Below are positions 43,621 to 57,776 of a stretch of 64,000 bases of DNA, piece after piece. The notes beneath the pieces are model-generated. The model was not told the origin of the DNA. It made no database searches and worked only from the letters and a program-made list of their open reading frames with translations. The translations under genes and the position numbers were made by a program. This stretch comes from Octopus vulgaris (lineage: Eukaryota): NCBI GenBank assembly GCA_951406725.2, contig OX597818.1:117862001-117926000 (forward strand). The letters run 5' to 3'. Numbering within the stretch: the stretch's first letter is position 1; each line of letters opens with the position of its first letter.

Positions 43621-44142
43621 ACAGAGTTATAAGGTATTGTCAAAGTGAATTTGAGCTTCGTCAAATGTTTATTTATTTTTCGCTGAATCTCGAGTTGACC
43701 GAAACATTGTAAGTGTAATTTCGTAGAGAGATGTTAATTATATACATGCATATACATAGGGGAAACATATGCGTATACACGTTTTATGCGTCTGAGCAGG
43801 GCATGTACATGGTTGTATCTTTATCTGTATCGTAGTTGAACAGTGGTGTCATTATGTCCTGTCACATGAAATTGAGAGAATAATTTCCAGACATGAAAAG
43901 TGAGTGCTATGGTAAATATGATGGACTAAACTATGAAACGCAGTGCTACAGTATGGCCTTTTAAAACTGATGCTGGTAAAAGAATTAATGAAAGAATACT
44001 TAATTGAACATGTTTATTTTCCAGTCAGTTTACGAATACTATGTATGTTGTTTCTATATTATGCCTTTGATATGTTTCCATTTTATTACGAGATACTTGC
44101 TAGAAGAAAGAATATTAAGTTTTAATAATAAAATATTCCTTC

Positions 44143-44517
44143 TAAGGCGGCGTGCTGGCAGAATCGTTAGCACGCCGGGCCAAATGCTTACTGGTATTTC
44201 GTCTGCCGTTACGTTCTGAGTTCAAATTCTGCCAAGGTCGACTTTGCCTTTCATCCTTTCGTGGTCGATGAAATAAGTACCAGTTACGCACTGGAGTCGA
44301 TGTAATCGACTTAATCAGTTTGTCTGTCCTTGTTTGTCCTCTCTGTGTTTAGCCCCTTGTGGGTAGTGAAGAAGTTCTGAGTTCAAATTCCACCGAGGTC
44401 GACTTTGCCTTTCAACATTTCGGGGTCGTTAAATTAAATACCAGTTGCATACTGGGGTCGATCTAATCGACTGACCCCTCCTCCAAAATGTCGGGCCTTA
44501 TGCTTAGAGTAGAAAGG
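44143..44517 (+). mobile_element. Dimeric SINE family D
   Basis: TSD aataaaata(t/a)tccttc on both sides. Confidence 0.88.
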
Positions 44518-45344
44518 AATAAAATAATCCTTCGATTTTGATCTCTATTTGCAACTAGCATTACATTTAAAAGCAAAAGCAGAATACTAAACATGTTTTC
44601 ATATTCAGAAAACATAATTGTATTGGGTCAGTTCAGGTAGGGTGTATTTACGAAATATTTAAAGGTTCTGATAAATGAGCTTTTTAGTTTATCATCTGGC
44701 TCTTTACGTCAGGATTAAAACACCATCGATAAAATCGTAACCTGTAACCTTCCCGTATCGATAAAATATATTTCTCTAACAAGTCAATCAATGGAGTCAT
44801 TGATTTTGAATAACTCCTCCCTTACGAACTGCTAGCGTTGTAACTAAAATAGAAACAAATATTTAAGTGACGACATGGCAGAATCATAAAAGCGTCGGAA
44901 AATACATTGAGTTAGCTGTCCAGCTCTGAACGTTCTGATTTCAAATCGCATCGTGATGAACTTTACGTTTCATTCTCTTAATGTTGGTCAATCGGCAGAA
45001 TGGTTAGAATGTCGGAGAGATTGCTTTGCTGTAATCATTCAAATACTCTTCGATCTGTTTTTTAAAATCCTGAAATGATCCTTATTGCCTTTTAACTCTA
45101 TGTGATCAATAACATAAGATTTGTGATAAAGTACTGGGATCGTTGCTAACGACTAAATCCCTACCATCAATAATACTGCGATATGCCGAGATGAGCCATC
45201 ATCATTAGATCACTTCATTGGGTAGTTTATTGGCGAATATTTATACTCGCCTTATTTCTTCCAGTACTTTATGCCCTGTGTTCAGATCCTGTCGCGATCA
45301 ATGTTCTGAATCAACAAATTTAGATATCAGCCTGGGACGATAAA

Positions 45345-45748
45345 TTTTATTCTTTTATTCATTTACCCTCTTACTTGCTTCAGCCATTTCACTGCGACCA
45401 GCTGGTACACCGCCTTTAGTCGAACAAATCGACCCAGGACTTATTCTTTGTAAGCATAGTACTTATTCTATCGGTCTGTTTTGCCGAACCGCTAAGTTAC
45501 GGTGACGTAAACACACCAGCATCGGTTGTTAAGCGATGGTGGGGTAACAAACACACACACACACACACACACACACGTACACATATATATGACGGGCTTC
45601 TTTCATTTTCCGTCTACCAAATCAACTCACAAGGCTTTGGTCGGCCCGAGGCTATAGCAGAAGACACTTGTTCAACGTAACACGCGGTGGAACTTAACTG
45701 GGAACCATGTGGTTGGTAAACAAGCTACCTACCACACAGCCACTCCTA
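45345..45748 (-). mobile_element. SINE family A
   Basis: Homologue. Confidence 0.9.
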
Positions 45749-47001
45749 TCGTTCAAGTTTCGACTTGATTTATTCGAAGAAACTCCGATCCCAAAATTTC
45801 TGGCTTTGTGGCGATACCAGAAATAATTCACGTCGCATCCATTTGGATTCAGGTCTCGTCTACATGCGTAGTAACCTGAGCAATCATCTTCCCTTATAGT
45901 CTTGATTGAAGCAAGGTCTCACATGTGAAATTCAAGACTAAAGTTGCGTGTGAGTGCATATACAAAAATGTAATTGTCGTTATATGTGATTTAAACATCT
46001 TCATTATTAAAGTACGCTTTATATTTATATATTGTATTATAAACAATCGATAAATAGGTCTGCTAAACTCGAAAAATACATTTAAATTATGATATAAAAA
46101 TTATATTTCCACACGTAAAAGTAATATATTGAAATGCTATCTCAACAAATATTAAAACGACTACATTGAAAATATTGTCTTAAAACTTTACAATTTATTG
46201 TGAAGTCTCGTTTCTACTGGCTTTTCTCTTTATTTTTTTAAAATAACATATTGCTATGCAGGGCTGTCAAGAGTTATTTATTTGATAACAGTCGTTTTGA
46301 AGCGATATTTTCTTTATTTTATTGGCGTTCATCAAAACTTACTTCTATTTATATATCGCATAACTACTTTTTTGCAAAACAATTGCTAAATCGATAAATA
46401 CTACTTTGTTAACTCAAACCAAGCCTTGTATGATAATTCTTCATAGAAATCCGAGACGCAGTCGATTATAAATTTTTCATTATTTTTTCCACAAAGTCTC
46501 CTCTCTGCATGCGAGATGCTGAGCATCTAATATTTATTTTACATTACTCTTATCGCTTATACCAATTGTTAAATTACTGACTTCTTGCGTCATGGACTGC
46601 TGAAACAATATCCAGTCTATCAGACTAGATAGGGAGTTAGATATTTAATGATTTATCTGTAGACATATACACGTCTATGTAGGCATCTATATCATTTCTG
46701 TGAGCTCACTGTTGTGTACTGACTTTTGTTTCTGGGTGTATACTTTTACAAAGTTATGTAAGAGAATAGTATACGATTATGTGATTTCCGGTTTCTCAAT
46801 AAAATTCGATTTTCGGAGTAACAGAATATTTCCAGCGTGTAACCACTACGGCCTGGCAAATTAAATAGGCACATGTCCATCGTATTACAAAAGAAATTTT
46901 AAAAGCCAAGTATTTATCAATGTAACATGGACAAGTCTAAGGCACATCGTGGAATGGAGTCTACAATGATTGAACTCAACGAGTTACAAATATGAAATTA
47001 T

Positions 47002-47396
47002 ATTTTCTACTCTAGGTACAAAGCCCGAAATTTTTGGGGAAGAGCCAGTCGATTAGATCGATCCCAATACGCAAATGGTACTTAATTTATCGACCCCGAA
47101 AGGATGAAAGACAAATTCGACCTCGGCGGAATTTGAACTCAGAACGTAACGAGAGACCAAATACATATTTCTTTACTACCCATAAGGGGCTAAACATAGA
47201 AAGGACAAACAAGTACAGACAAACGGATTAAATGGATTACATCGACCCCAGTGCCTAACTGGTACTTATTTAATCGGCCCCGAAAGGACGAAAGGCAAAA
47301 TCGATCTCGGCAGAATTTGAACTCAGAACGTAGCGGCAGACGAAATACCGCTAAGCATTTCGCCCGGCGTGCTAACGTTTCTGCCAGCTCGCCGCT
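47002..47396 (-). mobile_element. Dimeric SINE family D
   Basis: TSD ttacaaatat(g/a)aa. Confidence 0.88.
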
Positions 47397-47496
47397 TTAC
47401 AAATATAAAATAATGTGAAATGTGTACAAACACGCACACAAACTCACGCGCACACATACACATAAGCATACATACATATATATATATAATATATAG

Positions 47497-47832
47497 TGGA
47501 AGCGCATGGTTCAGTGGTTAGAGCATCGAGCTTACGATCGCGAGGTTGTGAGATCGAATCCCGGACCGGGCTGCCTGTTGTGTTCTTGAGCAAGACACTT
47601 TATTTCAGGTGGCTCCATTTAACTCAGCTGTAGAAATGAGTTGCGACGTCACAGGTGCCAAGCTGTATCGGTCCCCTTGCCTTTCCCTTGGATAACACTG
47701 GTGGCGTGGAGAGGGAATGCCAGGATGCATGGGTGACTGCTGGTCTTCCATAAACAACCTTACCCGGACTTGTGCCTGGGAGGGTAACTTTGTAGGTGCA
47801 ATCCCATGGTCAGTCATGACTGAAGGGAGTCT
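47497..47832 (+). mobile_element. SINE family B, full length
   Basis: tRNA-like A/B boxes; homologous to 12912-13235. Confidence 0.9.
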
Positions 47833-47836
47833 CAGC

Positions 47837-47911
<75 letters not shown>

Positions 47912-47931
47912 GATAAATCTCAGAGCGAGTT

Positions 47932-48054
47932 ATAAAGTGTGTCTATAGCCAGAAAGTGTGTCTATAGCCAGCTGGAGGAGGTGTCCTCCTGGGGCTACAA
48001 ACTACAGTAGCATCCACCCTTAGGGGTTAGCCATATTCAAATGGCAAATATAAG

Positions 48055-48058
<4 letters not shown>
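47932..48058 (+). mobile_element. Family H4 3' domain fragment in (TA)n
   Basis: Homologous to 32830-32935 and 61470-61570; ~19-bp tandem duplication at its start. Confidence 0.7.
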
Positions 48059-48105
<47 letters not shown>

Positions 48106-48240
48106 ACACACACACATCCTTATACTTACTGACCTAAGTTAATAATAAATAAATCCTTTTGAAGAAAAATCCATTCGAGCACCTCAAATGATCTCATTTC
48201 TGTTGTGTTCGACTATCCTCTTCTTGTAAATGTATTTACG

Positions 48241-48522
48241 GATCTTTTCCCTTTGAACGGCAGATCGAGAAATCAATTTTTGTAACTAAGTTGTTGTTGA
48301 CAAACAACATCAATTATTTTATTAAACTGAATACACGTCATTGATTGCTTGAAATTACCGAAATACAACTTTAACACGAAATAACTTCGTAAATATAAAC
48401 TTTTCTCAAAAACGCTAAGAGTAAAAGATGTTTTATATGACCAACTCTACCAGTATACGAAGCATCAAAGTGTTTAGTTACAAAAACTTATTTTCTAAAT
48501 CTGCCGGTCAAAAGGTAAAGAT
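48241..48522. mobile_element. MITE with imperfect terminal inverted repeats
   Basis: gatcttttccctttgaacggcagat...tttttgtaactaa versus ttagttacaaaaa...atctgccggtcaaaaggtaaagat. Confidence 0.7.
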
Positions 48523-48835
48523 ACATATTTACTAACTTTATAATAGTGTGCGAATTTGTACAATGATTTATGTACATTTAGTCATATCTCAAATCTGCTA
48601 GCCCACAAGAAAGTGTTATACATTTAAAAAATGTAAGGAGATTCGACAAGGAATCATCTATTAAACACAAGAGACCTGAAAATATATTCTCTGAGAATAT
48701 ACCTGGTGCACAATATAGAATTTGAATTAATATGAGTCGACTTGACCTTTAGTTGTAGAGAAAATTTTAATAGAAAAATTCGTTATATTCCTGAGAAAAA
48801 TAATTAAGCATATAATTACGCAATAAAAAAATCAT

Positions 48836-49085
48836 AAATGCACCCTTTTAAAGCCTAGCCAGGCTTATGGGCCCGATTTCCCAGTTTTAATGGCGTATGT
48901 ATTCCCCAGTTCGATGGGGCGCCAGTCCATCGTAGCATTACTCATTTTGCCAGCTGAGTGGACTGGAGCAACGTTAAATGAAGTGTTTTGCTCAAGAGCA
49001 CAACGCGTCACCCGGCCCAGGAATCGAAACCACAATCTTACGAACATGATGCTGACATCCTAACCAATAAGCCACGCATCTCCAC
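48836..49085 (-). mobile_element. SINE family E
   Basis: Reverse homologue of 62630-62870. Confidence 0.85.
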
Positions 49086-49134
49086 AATTACGCAATACTC
49101 AGTTACTCAGTTATATATCATGAGCAAAGATATT

Positions 49135-49167
<33 letters not shown>

Positions 49168-49190
49168 AGATATATATAAATATATATGCA

Positions 49191-49249
<59 letters not shown>

Positions 49250-49383
49250 GTGTATATATATATATATATGTAAAAACTTACTTGGAGGAAAGAAACGAAA
49301 CGACGCGAGGGCGCTCAGTCATATAATAATTTAATAAATAAAATATATGCATACATACATACATATATGTTCGTACCTACATC

Positions 49384-49449
<66 letters not shown>

Positions 49450-49612
49450 TACAGGACACCAAAAATAAACGTAGAACACAACGAGAAACGAAAACATAAA
49501 AACAAACTAGGAAACGGACTTTTTTTAACAACGTAAAAACAGAGTACAAGACAAACAATACAAGGAATATTCCCCTTCATCAGCTGTCCCTGGTTCGCTC
49601 AATGCGTGTTTC

Positions 49613-49935
49613 TCCTTGCAGTTAAAGTTTGCTTTATATGTATAGAATGTTATCCAGCTTCCACAACCTGAATTAGATAGGGCGCTACCTAATAAAGATT
49701 TAAAAAAACAAAATCTCATGTCGAAACCGATTCCATTGTAGTGAATTATGAACCATCCGCCTACTTCACCAGTCATACATTTGCACATCTTTCTTTAATT
49801 ATTCCGTTTTTTTTATGTCAATGAAAATTGAAGTCCAATTATATGAAGTTTGGCGCCGTGCATTTAAAACTCGAACTCCTGACATTTTTACGGCAGTCAT
49901 AAGTTTGAAATCCTATGTTTGCATTTTCGTTGACG
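49613..49935 (-). repeat. Inverted duplicate of 50747-51067
   Basis: ~320-bp reverse-complement match, flanked by a ~100-bp direct duplication (49514-49612 / 49933-50032). Confidence 0.93.
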
Positions 49936-50055
49936 GACTTTTTTTAACAACGAAAAAACAGAGTAAAAGACAAACAATACAAGGAATATTCCTCTTCATC
50001 AGCTGTCCCTGGTTCGACTCAATGCGTGTTTCGAAGGTAAGGACAGTCCTTACCT

Positions 50056-50095
<40 letters not shown>

Positions 50096-50220
50096 TATAT
50101 ATATGCATATATATATGCATGTATATATACATATAGATGTAGGTACGTACATATATGTATGTATGTATGCATATATTTTATTTATTAAATTATATATATG
50201 TATGTATATATATATATCTA

Positions 50221-50324
<104 letters not shown>

Positions 50325-50327
50325 TAC

Positions 50328-50374
<47 letters not shown>

Positions 50375-51344
50375 TATATCTTGAAGCGGAAACGATATAA
50401 TGTTTTCAATTCAGTTAGATTAGTGTTTTACATACAGGTGCCTTTACAAGATTATTTCTCTTAGTTTTAATTCTTTTCTTTTTAAGAAATGCATCAAATA
50501 CAAGACACAAAGTCGTATTAAGATTTATTACAAGTGCCGAATGAGGAAAGAAAACAAATAAATACTTAATTGAAATAGAGAGAGAAAAAAATTAAATCTT
50601 CTCACGAATGGAGTATTGAGTGAAAAGATTCGTAGGAAGGAAGTAACACGTCTTTAGAGGATGTTGTTTTATCAAGTATACACTTAATGATATTGATAGG
50701 TCGTTTCAAAAATTACTTTAACTGTAGTATTATCTAACAATTATAGCGTCAACGAAAATGCAAACATAGGATTTCAAACTTATGACTGCCGTAAAAATGC
50801 CAGGAGTTCGAGTTTTAAATGCACGGCGCCAAACTTCATTTAATTGGACTTCAATTTTCATTGACATAAAAAAACGGTATAATTAAAGAAAGATGTGCAA
50901 ATGTATGACTGGTGAAGTAGGCGGATGGTTCATAATTCACTACAATGGAATCGGTTTCGACATAAGATTTTGTTTCTTAAATCTTTATTAGGTAGCGCCC
51001 TGTCTAATTCAGGTTGTGGAAGCTGGAGAACATTCTATACATATAAAGTAAACTTTAACTGCAAGGAAAAGAAAAACCTGAAAAGCAAACATAGTGTTGT
51101 ATGAATATATGTGTGAATATACGCAAGAATGTGTGTCCGAGCATGTATTAGTGTCTACATATATGAAAGAGATGTTGCTACGTATAGCTCCAGATAAAGC
51201 CCCATGCCAATGCTATTCCTATCTGAATAAATTTCAGCCATGACAGTTGAAGGACTTCATTATACAATGTGTCTTACGCACTACCGATGGAGATTTCATT
51301 TTTATATCTAGCATGAAGGAACCTTCATGACACCTAGGTGTGAT

Positions 51345-51694
51345 ATTTTCATCATCATCATCCTCATCATTATCCCCATCACCACCATCACCATCACCAC
51401 CATCTCCACCATCACCACAATCACCATCATCACCACCACCACCATCACCGCCATCACCATCATCACCATCATCACCATCATCATCACAATCATCACAATC
51501 ACCACTATCACCACCATCATCATCATCATCATCATCACCATCACCACCATCACCACCACCACCATCACCATCATCACCACCACCACCATCACCGCCATCA
51601 CCATCATCACCATCATCACCATCATCACAATCATCACCATCACAACCATCACCACCATCATCATCATCATCATCATCACCATCACCACCATCAC

Positions 51695-51733
<39 letters not shown>

Positions 51734-51775
51734 TATCATCATCATCATCATTATCATCGTTATTATTATTATTAG
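51345..51775. repeat. (CAT/CAC)n compound microsatellite with internal higher-order duplication
   Basis: Direct reading; repeated block visible in the D/G-rich translation. Confidence 0.9.
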
Positions 51776-52093
51776 CAAGCAAGTTAATTTAATGCGTAGG
51801 AATGTTATCTCTAAATTTGGTTTTCAACAAATCTTCTGAAAACTTAAGAATATTTCTCAAAAGTACCATGCTTTATTCTTGCAGAATATAATTGGTACGT
51901 TCCTGTATGTCGAAAATGCGAGCCTCAATTCTAATAATTCTACTTCTTTAGTTAGCATTTTGGGTTTCGTACCAAGTGCACCAATTGCAAAAGGAATAAC
52001 TGTTGTTTAGTCTTCCACTGTGTCTTCACATCTCTTACTAGATGAGATGTTTCTCAATTTTTTAAATTATATTTAATATAATATAATATATAT

Positions 52094-52145
<52 letters not shown>

Positions 52146-52459
52146 TGAAGCGGAAACGATATAATGTTTTCAATTCAGTTAGATTAGTGTTTTACATACA
52201 GGTGCCTTTACAAGATTATTTCTCTTAGTTTTAATTCTTTTTAAGAAATGCATCAAATATAGGACACAAAGTCGTATTAAGATTTATTACAAGTGCCAAA
52301 TGAGGAAAGAAAACAAATAAATACTTAATTGAAATAGAGAGAGAAAAAAATTAAATCTCCTCACGATATGGGCCCTGGTTGAGAACTTCTGTTTTAAAAA
52401 CATCTACCTTGTGTACAGAAACGAGCAGGTTATAAATGTAAGCGATTGAAATATATTAG

Positions 52460-52490
<31 letters not shown>

Positions 52491-52630
52491 TAAAATTATA
52501 TATTGCAAACTCTTTGATTTTACATCGTTTAATTTATCTTTCCTCAAGCAGAATATTTGGTACGTCGACCAAAATGCTGAGGGGCATTTCGTCCATGTTT
52601 CCTTCAATTCCAAGTGAAGTCGCTACAACT
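51776..52630 (-). mobile_element. Old RLE-type LINE 3' relic, interrupted at ~52075-52500
   Basis: VIPFAIGALGTKP at ~51960-52000 and an RR.NILLEE..IKRCKIKEFA (PD..D-like) stretch at ~52505-52570; adjoins (AAT)n. Confidence 0.55.
52143..52462 (+). repeat. Two-piece local duplication patch (copies of 50379-50607 and 57987-58085)
   Basis: Direct matches joined at a CGA microhomology, (TA)n on both sides. Confidence 0.93.
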
Positions 52631-52693
52631 TACTTTTGAAGCCTTCTTTCAATAGTTAGATGTCAGTTTATTTGGAAATAACCCATGCAATTA

Positions 52694-52845
52694 TGGCTGT
52701 GTGGTAAGTAGCTTGCTTACCAACCACATGGTTCCGGGTTCAGTCCCACTGCGTGGCACCTTGGGCAATTGTCTTCTACTATAGCCTCGGGCCGACCAAA
52801 GCCTTGTGAGTGGATTTGGTAGACGGAAACTGAAAGAAGCCCGTC

Positions 52846-52886
<41 letters not shown>

Positions 52887-53123
52887 TGTGTGTGTGTGTG
52901 TGTATGTTTGTGTGTCTGTGTTTGTCCCCCTAACATTGTTTGACAACCGATGCTGGTGTGTTTATGTCCCCGTTACTTAGCGGTTCGGCAAAATAGACCG
53001 ATAGACTAAGTACTGGGCTTACAAAAGAATATGTCCCAGGGTTGAGTTGCTCGATTAAAGGCGGTGCTCCAGCATGGCCGCAGTCAAAATGACTGAAACA
53101 AGGAAAAAAAGAAAAAAAAAGAG
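52694..53123 (+). mobile_element. SINE family A
   Basis: Homologue. Confidence 0.92.
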
Positions 53124-53230
53124 TTGATAGTAACACAGGCAAGATTTCACAGCTCCAGCCTCCCTCCTTCATAGTCCGTTCATACTCCCACCTGTGAATA
53201 TTCAGCCCTCTCTCATATGAAGATAAAAGG

Positions 53231-53551
53231 AACCCCTTCAGACATGAATGACCATGGGATTGCACCTAGAAAGTTACCCTCCGAGATAAAGTCCGGGCAA
53301 GGTTGTTTGTGGAAGGCCAGCAGTCGCCCATGCATACCAGCCTCTCCTCTCCACATCACTGATGTTATTCAAGGGAAAGGCAAAGGGACCAATACAGCTT
53401 GGCACCAGTGATGTCGCAACTCATTTCTACAGCTGAGTGAACTGGAGCAACCTGAAATAAAGTGTCTTGCCCAAGAACAAAACACGCAGCCTGTTTCGGG
53501 AATCGAACTCACAACCTCACGATCGTAAGCTCGACGCTCTAACCACTGAGC
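53231..53551 (-). mobile_element. SINE family B
   Basis: Reverse homologue of 47497-47832. Confidence 0.9.
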
Positions 53552-54225
53552 TTTTAGAGATTGAGGTCATATACACAATCTCTAAAAGACGTCAGAGCAG
53601 ACATAAGATCATTTTATACACAATTGTTCAAGTATAACTGATATAGAACTACAATATCGAAATCTACTCTAGTATTACCCCGTTAAGAAGGTGACGAGCT
53701 AGCAGATTCGTTAAGACGTTTCGTTCATCATAACGTTCTGAGTTCACGTTCCGCTGAGGTCAATTTCACCTTTCATTCCTTCGGGGTCGATAAAATAAAT
53801 TCCAGTTGAACGTTGGGATCGTATTCTTTCCCTGAAATTAATGTACAAGTTCCAAATTTGAAACCAGTAATACTCCGATAAAATAAGGAAAAACATTAGA
53901 AAGATCGAATCGGTAAAACGAAACTCAGTGACCTTTGAGTATGCCAAATACAATTGTCAGATCTACGTTAAATCAAATCTACAGCACATTTGAAAAAAGA
54001 ATGTTAGAATACAATGAAATGCATTGTTTTTAAACGCTTTATCTACAAACAATGATTAAACAATGACCTTTGTTCAAAGATCTATGCCATTCAGAAACGG
54101 TTCTGTGAATACTAGAAAAGCAGTTAAATATACGTAATATCACACCTTTCCATCTTCAAAAATCAAGGAGAAATTAGTTAATAACCCTAGATAAGTTATG
54201 CCTACATAGAAAAGATGAGATATTC

Positions 54226-54458
54226 TATTTCTTTATTACCCACAAGGGGCTAAACATAGAGGAGACAAACAAGGACAGACAAACGGATTAAGTCGATCAC
54301 ATCGATTCAAGTGCGTAACTGGTACTTAAATTATCAACCCCGAAAGGATGAAAGGCAAAGTCGACCTCGGCGGAATTTGAACTCAGGACGTAGCAGCAGA
54401 CGAAATACTGCTAAGCATTTCGCCCGGCGTGCTAACGTTTCTGCCAGCTGTCCGCCTT
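54226..54458 (-). mobile_element. SINE family D monomer with 21-bp TSD
   Basis: catagaaaagatgagatattc at 54205-54225 and 54462-54482. Confidence 0.88.
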
Positions 54459-55382
54459 CTTCATAGAAAAGATGAGATATTCATAGGTAGAGTTGGTCAG
54501 TGCGTGAAAGAAAGATTACAATAATTTTACCACTATCAATTATTAGGGATCATAATTAAATTTATATTCGGAAATAGAATTTTAGCGAAAAAATAATTTA
54601 AGATAATTATATTTACATTAATACATGAATTAGGATAGATATAATTTTTCTTATCTTGTTGTCGGATCTGATTAAGCAGACGTATCATCAATGGTGTGAC
54701 TGGAGGAAATTTCAACGAATATTAATTGTTTCAAACAGCAGGACTAAAAACTAGGTAGAGAACGACATTTGTTGTTCAGCTAATAAAGAATCTACAGGAA
54801 ACATACAAATAGGTTTCCAGCGTAAGGAAGAAGCGGACGTAAAAATGATTTTCATAGAAATTGATTAATGGGTTCTCTCTTCTATGTGACATTGACACGG
54901 TTAGGAATTGTAATTATATATGAATTTCAGCATTTAGTTCATACAAAGAGTGTTATGCATGCGCTGCATACAAACGCATTCTAAAAACATTTAAAAACAT
55001 TTAAAAATTGCTTGTCAACATAATATGTTACACTGGCAATTTGTGGAAGTGTTGGAATGCAAAAGTCATTGTTACTTCTCGTTATTTTGACATGAAACGT
55101 TATTCTAAATTTCCTATACGTATTGTCCTTTCTGGTTGCCGTGGACAAAATGTAAATTGATATGAGGAGATCTGACATACAGTGTGGTCATGTTTCTGCC
55201 ATGCCTAATGTAATCATTTAATTCTCGCGTATAGAAGCAAACACGCGTTGATACACATACACCCGCACATATACATATTTATGTATAATGAATTTAACTG
55301 CATATAAGATTATGTGTGTATGTGTATGTGTAAGTGTTTAGATATATATCTATGTGTATCGGTGCATGTATGGATTGAAATG

Positions 55383-55796
55383 GCGAACTACAGTTAAGTC
55401 AAATAAGCAAATATATTCATTCATCATCAGATGCTTGCGTAGTATACTTAAAATTAGATGACCCGAACACATAAGCAATATGGAGCTATGGCAATGAACA
55501 AATCAAGTTTCCATTAGGGAGCAAATATTGAAGAAAAAGTGGAAGTAGATTGGTAGCACAATTAGAAAAGACACACCAAGTGTAGCGAAAAGTACTTTAC
55601 AGTGGAAACCGGATGGATACAGAAGGAGAGGTAGGCCTAAGAACTCGTGGCGTAGATCAACACTAAAGGAACTAGAGAAAGGGGACGTTCATGGTAGAGT
55701 ATAAGTACAGAAGCCAAATATTATGCGACATGGAATTGAATTATAAGTGGCCTATACTCCGCGTTGGAGGGTTAAAGGCATAAAGAAGAAGACGAA
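55383..55796 (+). mobile_element. RTE-clade LINE 3' fragment with ~72-bp flanking direct repeat
   Basis: RCLRSILKIR*PEHISN..LW..TNQ..KWK*IG..RK..LQWKPDG.RRRGRPKNSWRR; (AAG)n tail; 55311-55382 repeated at 55797-55868. Confidence 0.82.
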
Positions 55797-57176
55797 TATG
55801 TGTGCATGTGTATGCGTAAGTGCTTAGATATATATTTATGTGTATTGGTGCATATATGGATTGAAATGTCCCATTAATTTGACGAAATATATAATACCAC
55901 TTAAAGTATAATTTTTTCTTACTCGACACAACACAACTAAAAAATGGAATAATTTCAGGTTTTCTTTAAAGAAAAATTTCACTCCCATGATCTCTCTTCT
56001 CCCTCCCCTTTTCTTCATCATCCTCTCCCCATTCTCTTTCTCGCTCTCTCTCTCTCTGCTTCGGCAATATCTCGAAGAAGGTGGTTCTTTTCCACTTACA
56101 GAAGTGAATGGAGTTTCAACCAGGCTGAACTGATGACATCAAATGATATTCAACGATCATCGGATGTTTCGAACCCGAATCCTTAAACTTCCGTTGACGG
56201 GTCAGCAGAGTTGGCCAAATCAAAACTCGCTGGCTCCTCCTGGCTTCCATCATAACTCCTATGTCTTTCTGAGGCTCTTTCTGTTCCCCTTCCCATCCTG
56301 CGCGCAACCAGCGTTCGCTTTTTTTCCTTTCATTCCAATGGCTGTAAGCATTTGCTATGTCACCTAACCCGGGAATCCCCTACAGCCAGCTTCGACTGGG
56401 AAAAGCTAAAAATTCTATCCCTTCTCCCTGAATCCTCAGGAGGATTTGATACTGGAAATTCCACCTTTCGAAAGCCTGATCTAACCCTTCTTCCCACAGT
56501 CTGTGAGATAAATCAAGGTTATTTTCCTTACCTTTTCGGACCATAAGATTACAACTGGGCTCAAGTTTTGTAAACGACATGAGAAAAATTCACTCGTTTA
56601 CTTCAATTTGAAAGAAAATTACTGCTAGATTAATTATTATACAGTATGATAATAAGTATTCCTTGACCTATCTGCAAAAATATTTATAGTATCTATTTCT
56701 GTTTTCTGAAAAGTCGATGATACTGTTAGAAATGAATCGAAATGTAATTTGTGCCTTGCACACCTGCTGCTATCACTACTCGTGGTGAGGATTACTGACG
56801 TCGAATATACATGGGTTTTTGATCTGTAAGCTCTGTTTACACATTTCTATCTATGTTTCACAGTATTAGACTTATTTTTAATAATGCGGAAGTAAAATCT
56901 GAGAAAATGTTCGACGACGATTGATCACTAGTGTCTGGTATGTAACACGTTCATGTTTAATTATAGTTTTGTTTCTTATATGTGGATGAATATTAAATGG
57001 TCCCATGTTTTTGATAAGTATATAGGAATCTCATATTAAAAGAGAGACTGGGAGGGGGTTAGTGCATTTTTTTGTTGTTGATGTTGTCGGTTAGCATATT
57101 ATAGTAGTAGTATATTAAGTATAATTCTGCTAGTGCGCAGTACAAATATTTACCTTTAACTGAGTGAAAGACATGT

Positions 57177-57576
57177 TCTCTTCTACACTAGGTACAAGGC
57201 CCGAAATTTTGGGGGGAGAAGTCTAGTAGATTAGATGGACCTCAGTACACAATCGGTACTTAATTTATCGACCCCGAAAGGATAACAAGCAAAGTCGACC
57301 TCGGCGGAATTTGAACTCAGAACGTAAAGACAGACGAAATACCTATTTCTTTACTACCCACAAGGGGCTAAACACAGAGAGGACATAAACAAGGACAGAC
57401 AAACGGATTAGGTTGATTATATCGACCCCAGTGCGTAACTGGTACTTATTTAATCGACCCCGAAAGGATGAAAGGCAAAGTCGACCTCGGCGGAATTTGA
57501 ACTCAGAACGTAGCGGCAGATCATTTTGCTAATCATTTTGCCCGGCGTGCTAACGTTTCTGCCAGATCACCGCCTT
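57177..57576 (-). mobile_element. Dimeric SINE family D
   Basis: Homologue of 47002-47396; flanking gaaagacat repeat. Confidence 0.88.
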
Positions 57577-57716
57577 TAAGGGAAAGACATATTACTAACA
57601 GAATAAGTTACTCGTTCAAGGTAATATTTCAGTATCATTAATGCAAAATTGATACCGCGTAATTAGTTCAATAAAGCGTCCTATATTTTTTATTGTTTAA
57701 ACCATTCTTTTTTTAC

Positions 57717-57776
57717 TTAGGAACGCCTTTGATTCTTAGGAACGCCTTTGATTCTTAGGAACGCCTTTGATTCTTA
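57717..57776. repeat. 19-bp tandem repeat x3 (ttaggaacgcctttgattc)
   Basis: Direct reading. Confidence 0.9.

Noticed and set aside
49985-50056. Permuted hammerhead on the minus strand (GAAAC upstream of CTGATGA)
   Set aside because: No stem I follows the candidate GTC and no GAAA follows the downstream hairpin; no topology completes, though the island may still be PLE-related
50620-51080. Minus-strand exon after ttttcag/cttgcag acceptor-like sites
   Set aside because: Frames close quickly and no protein family is recognisable; cannot support
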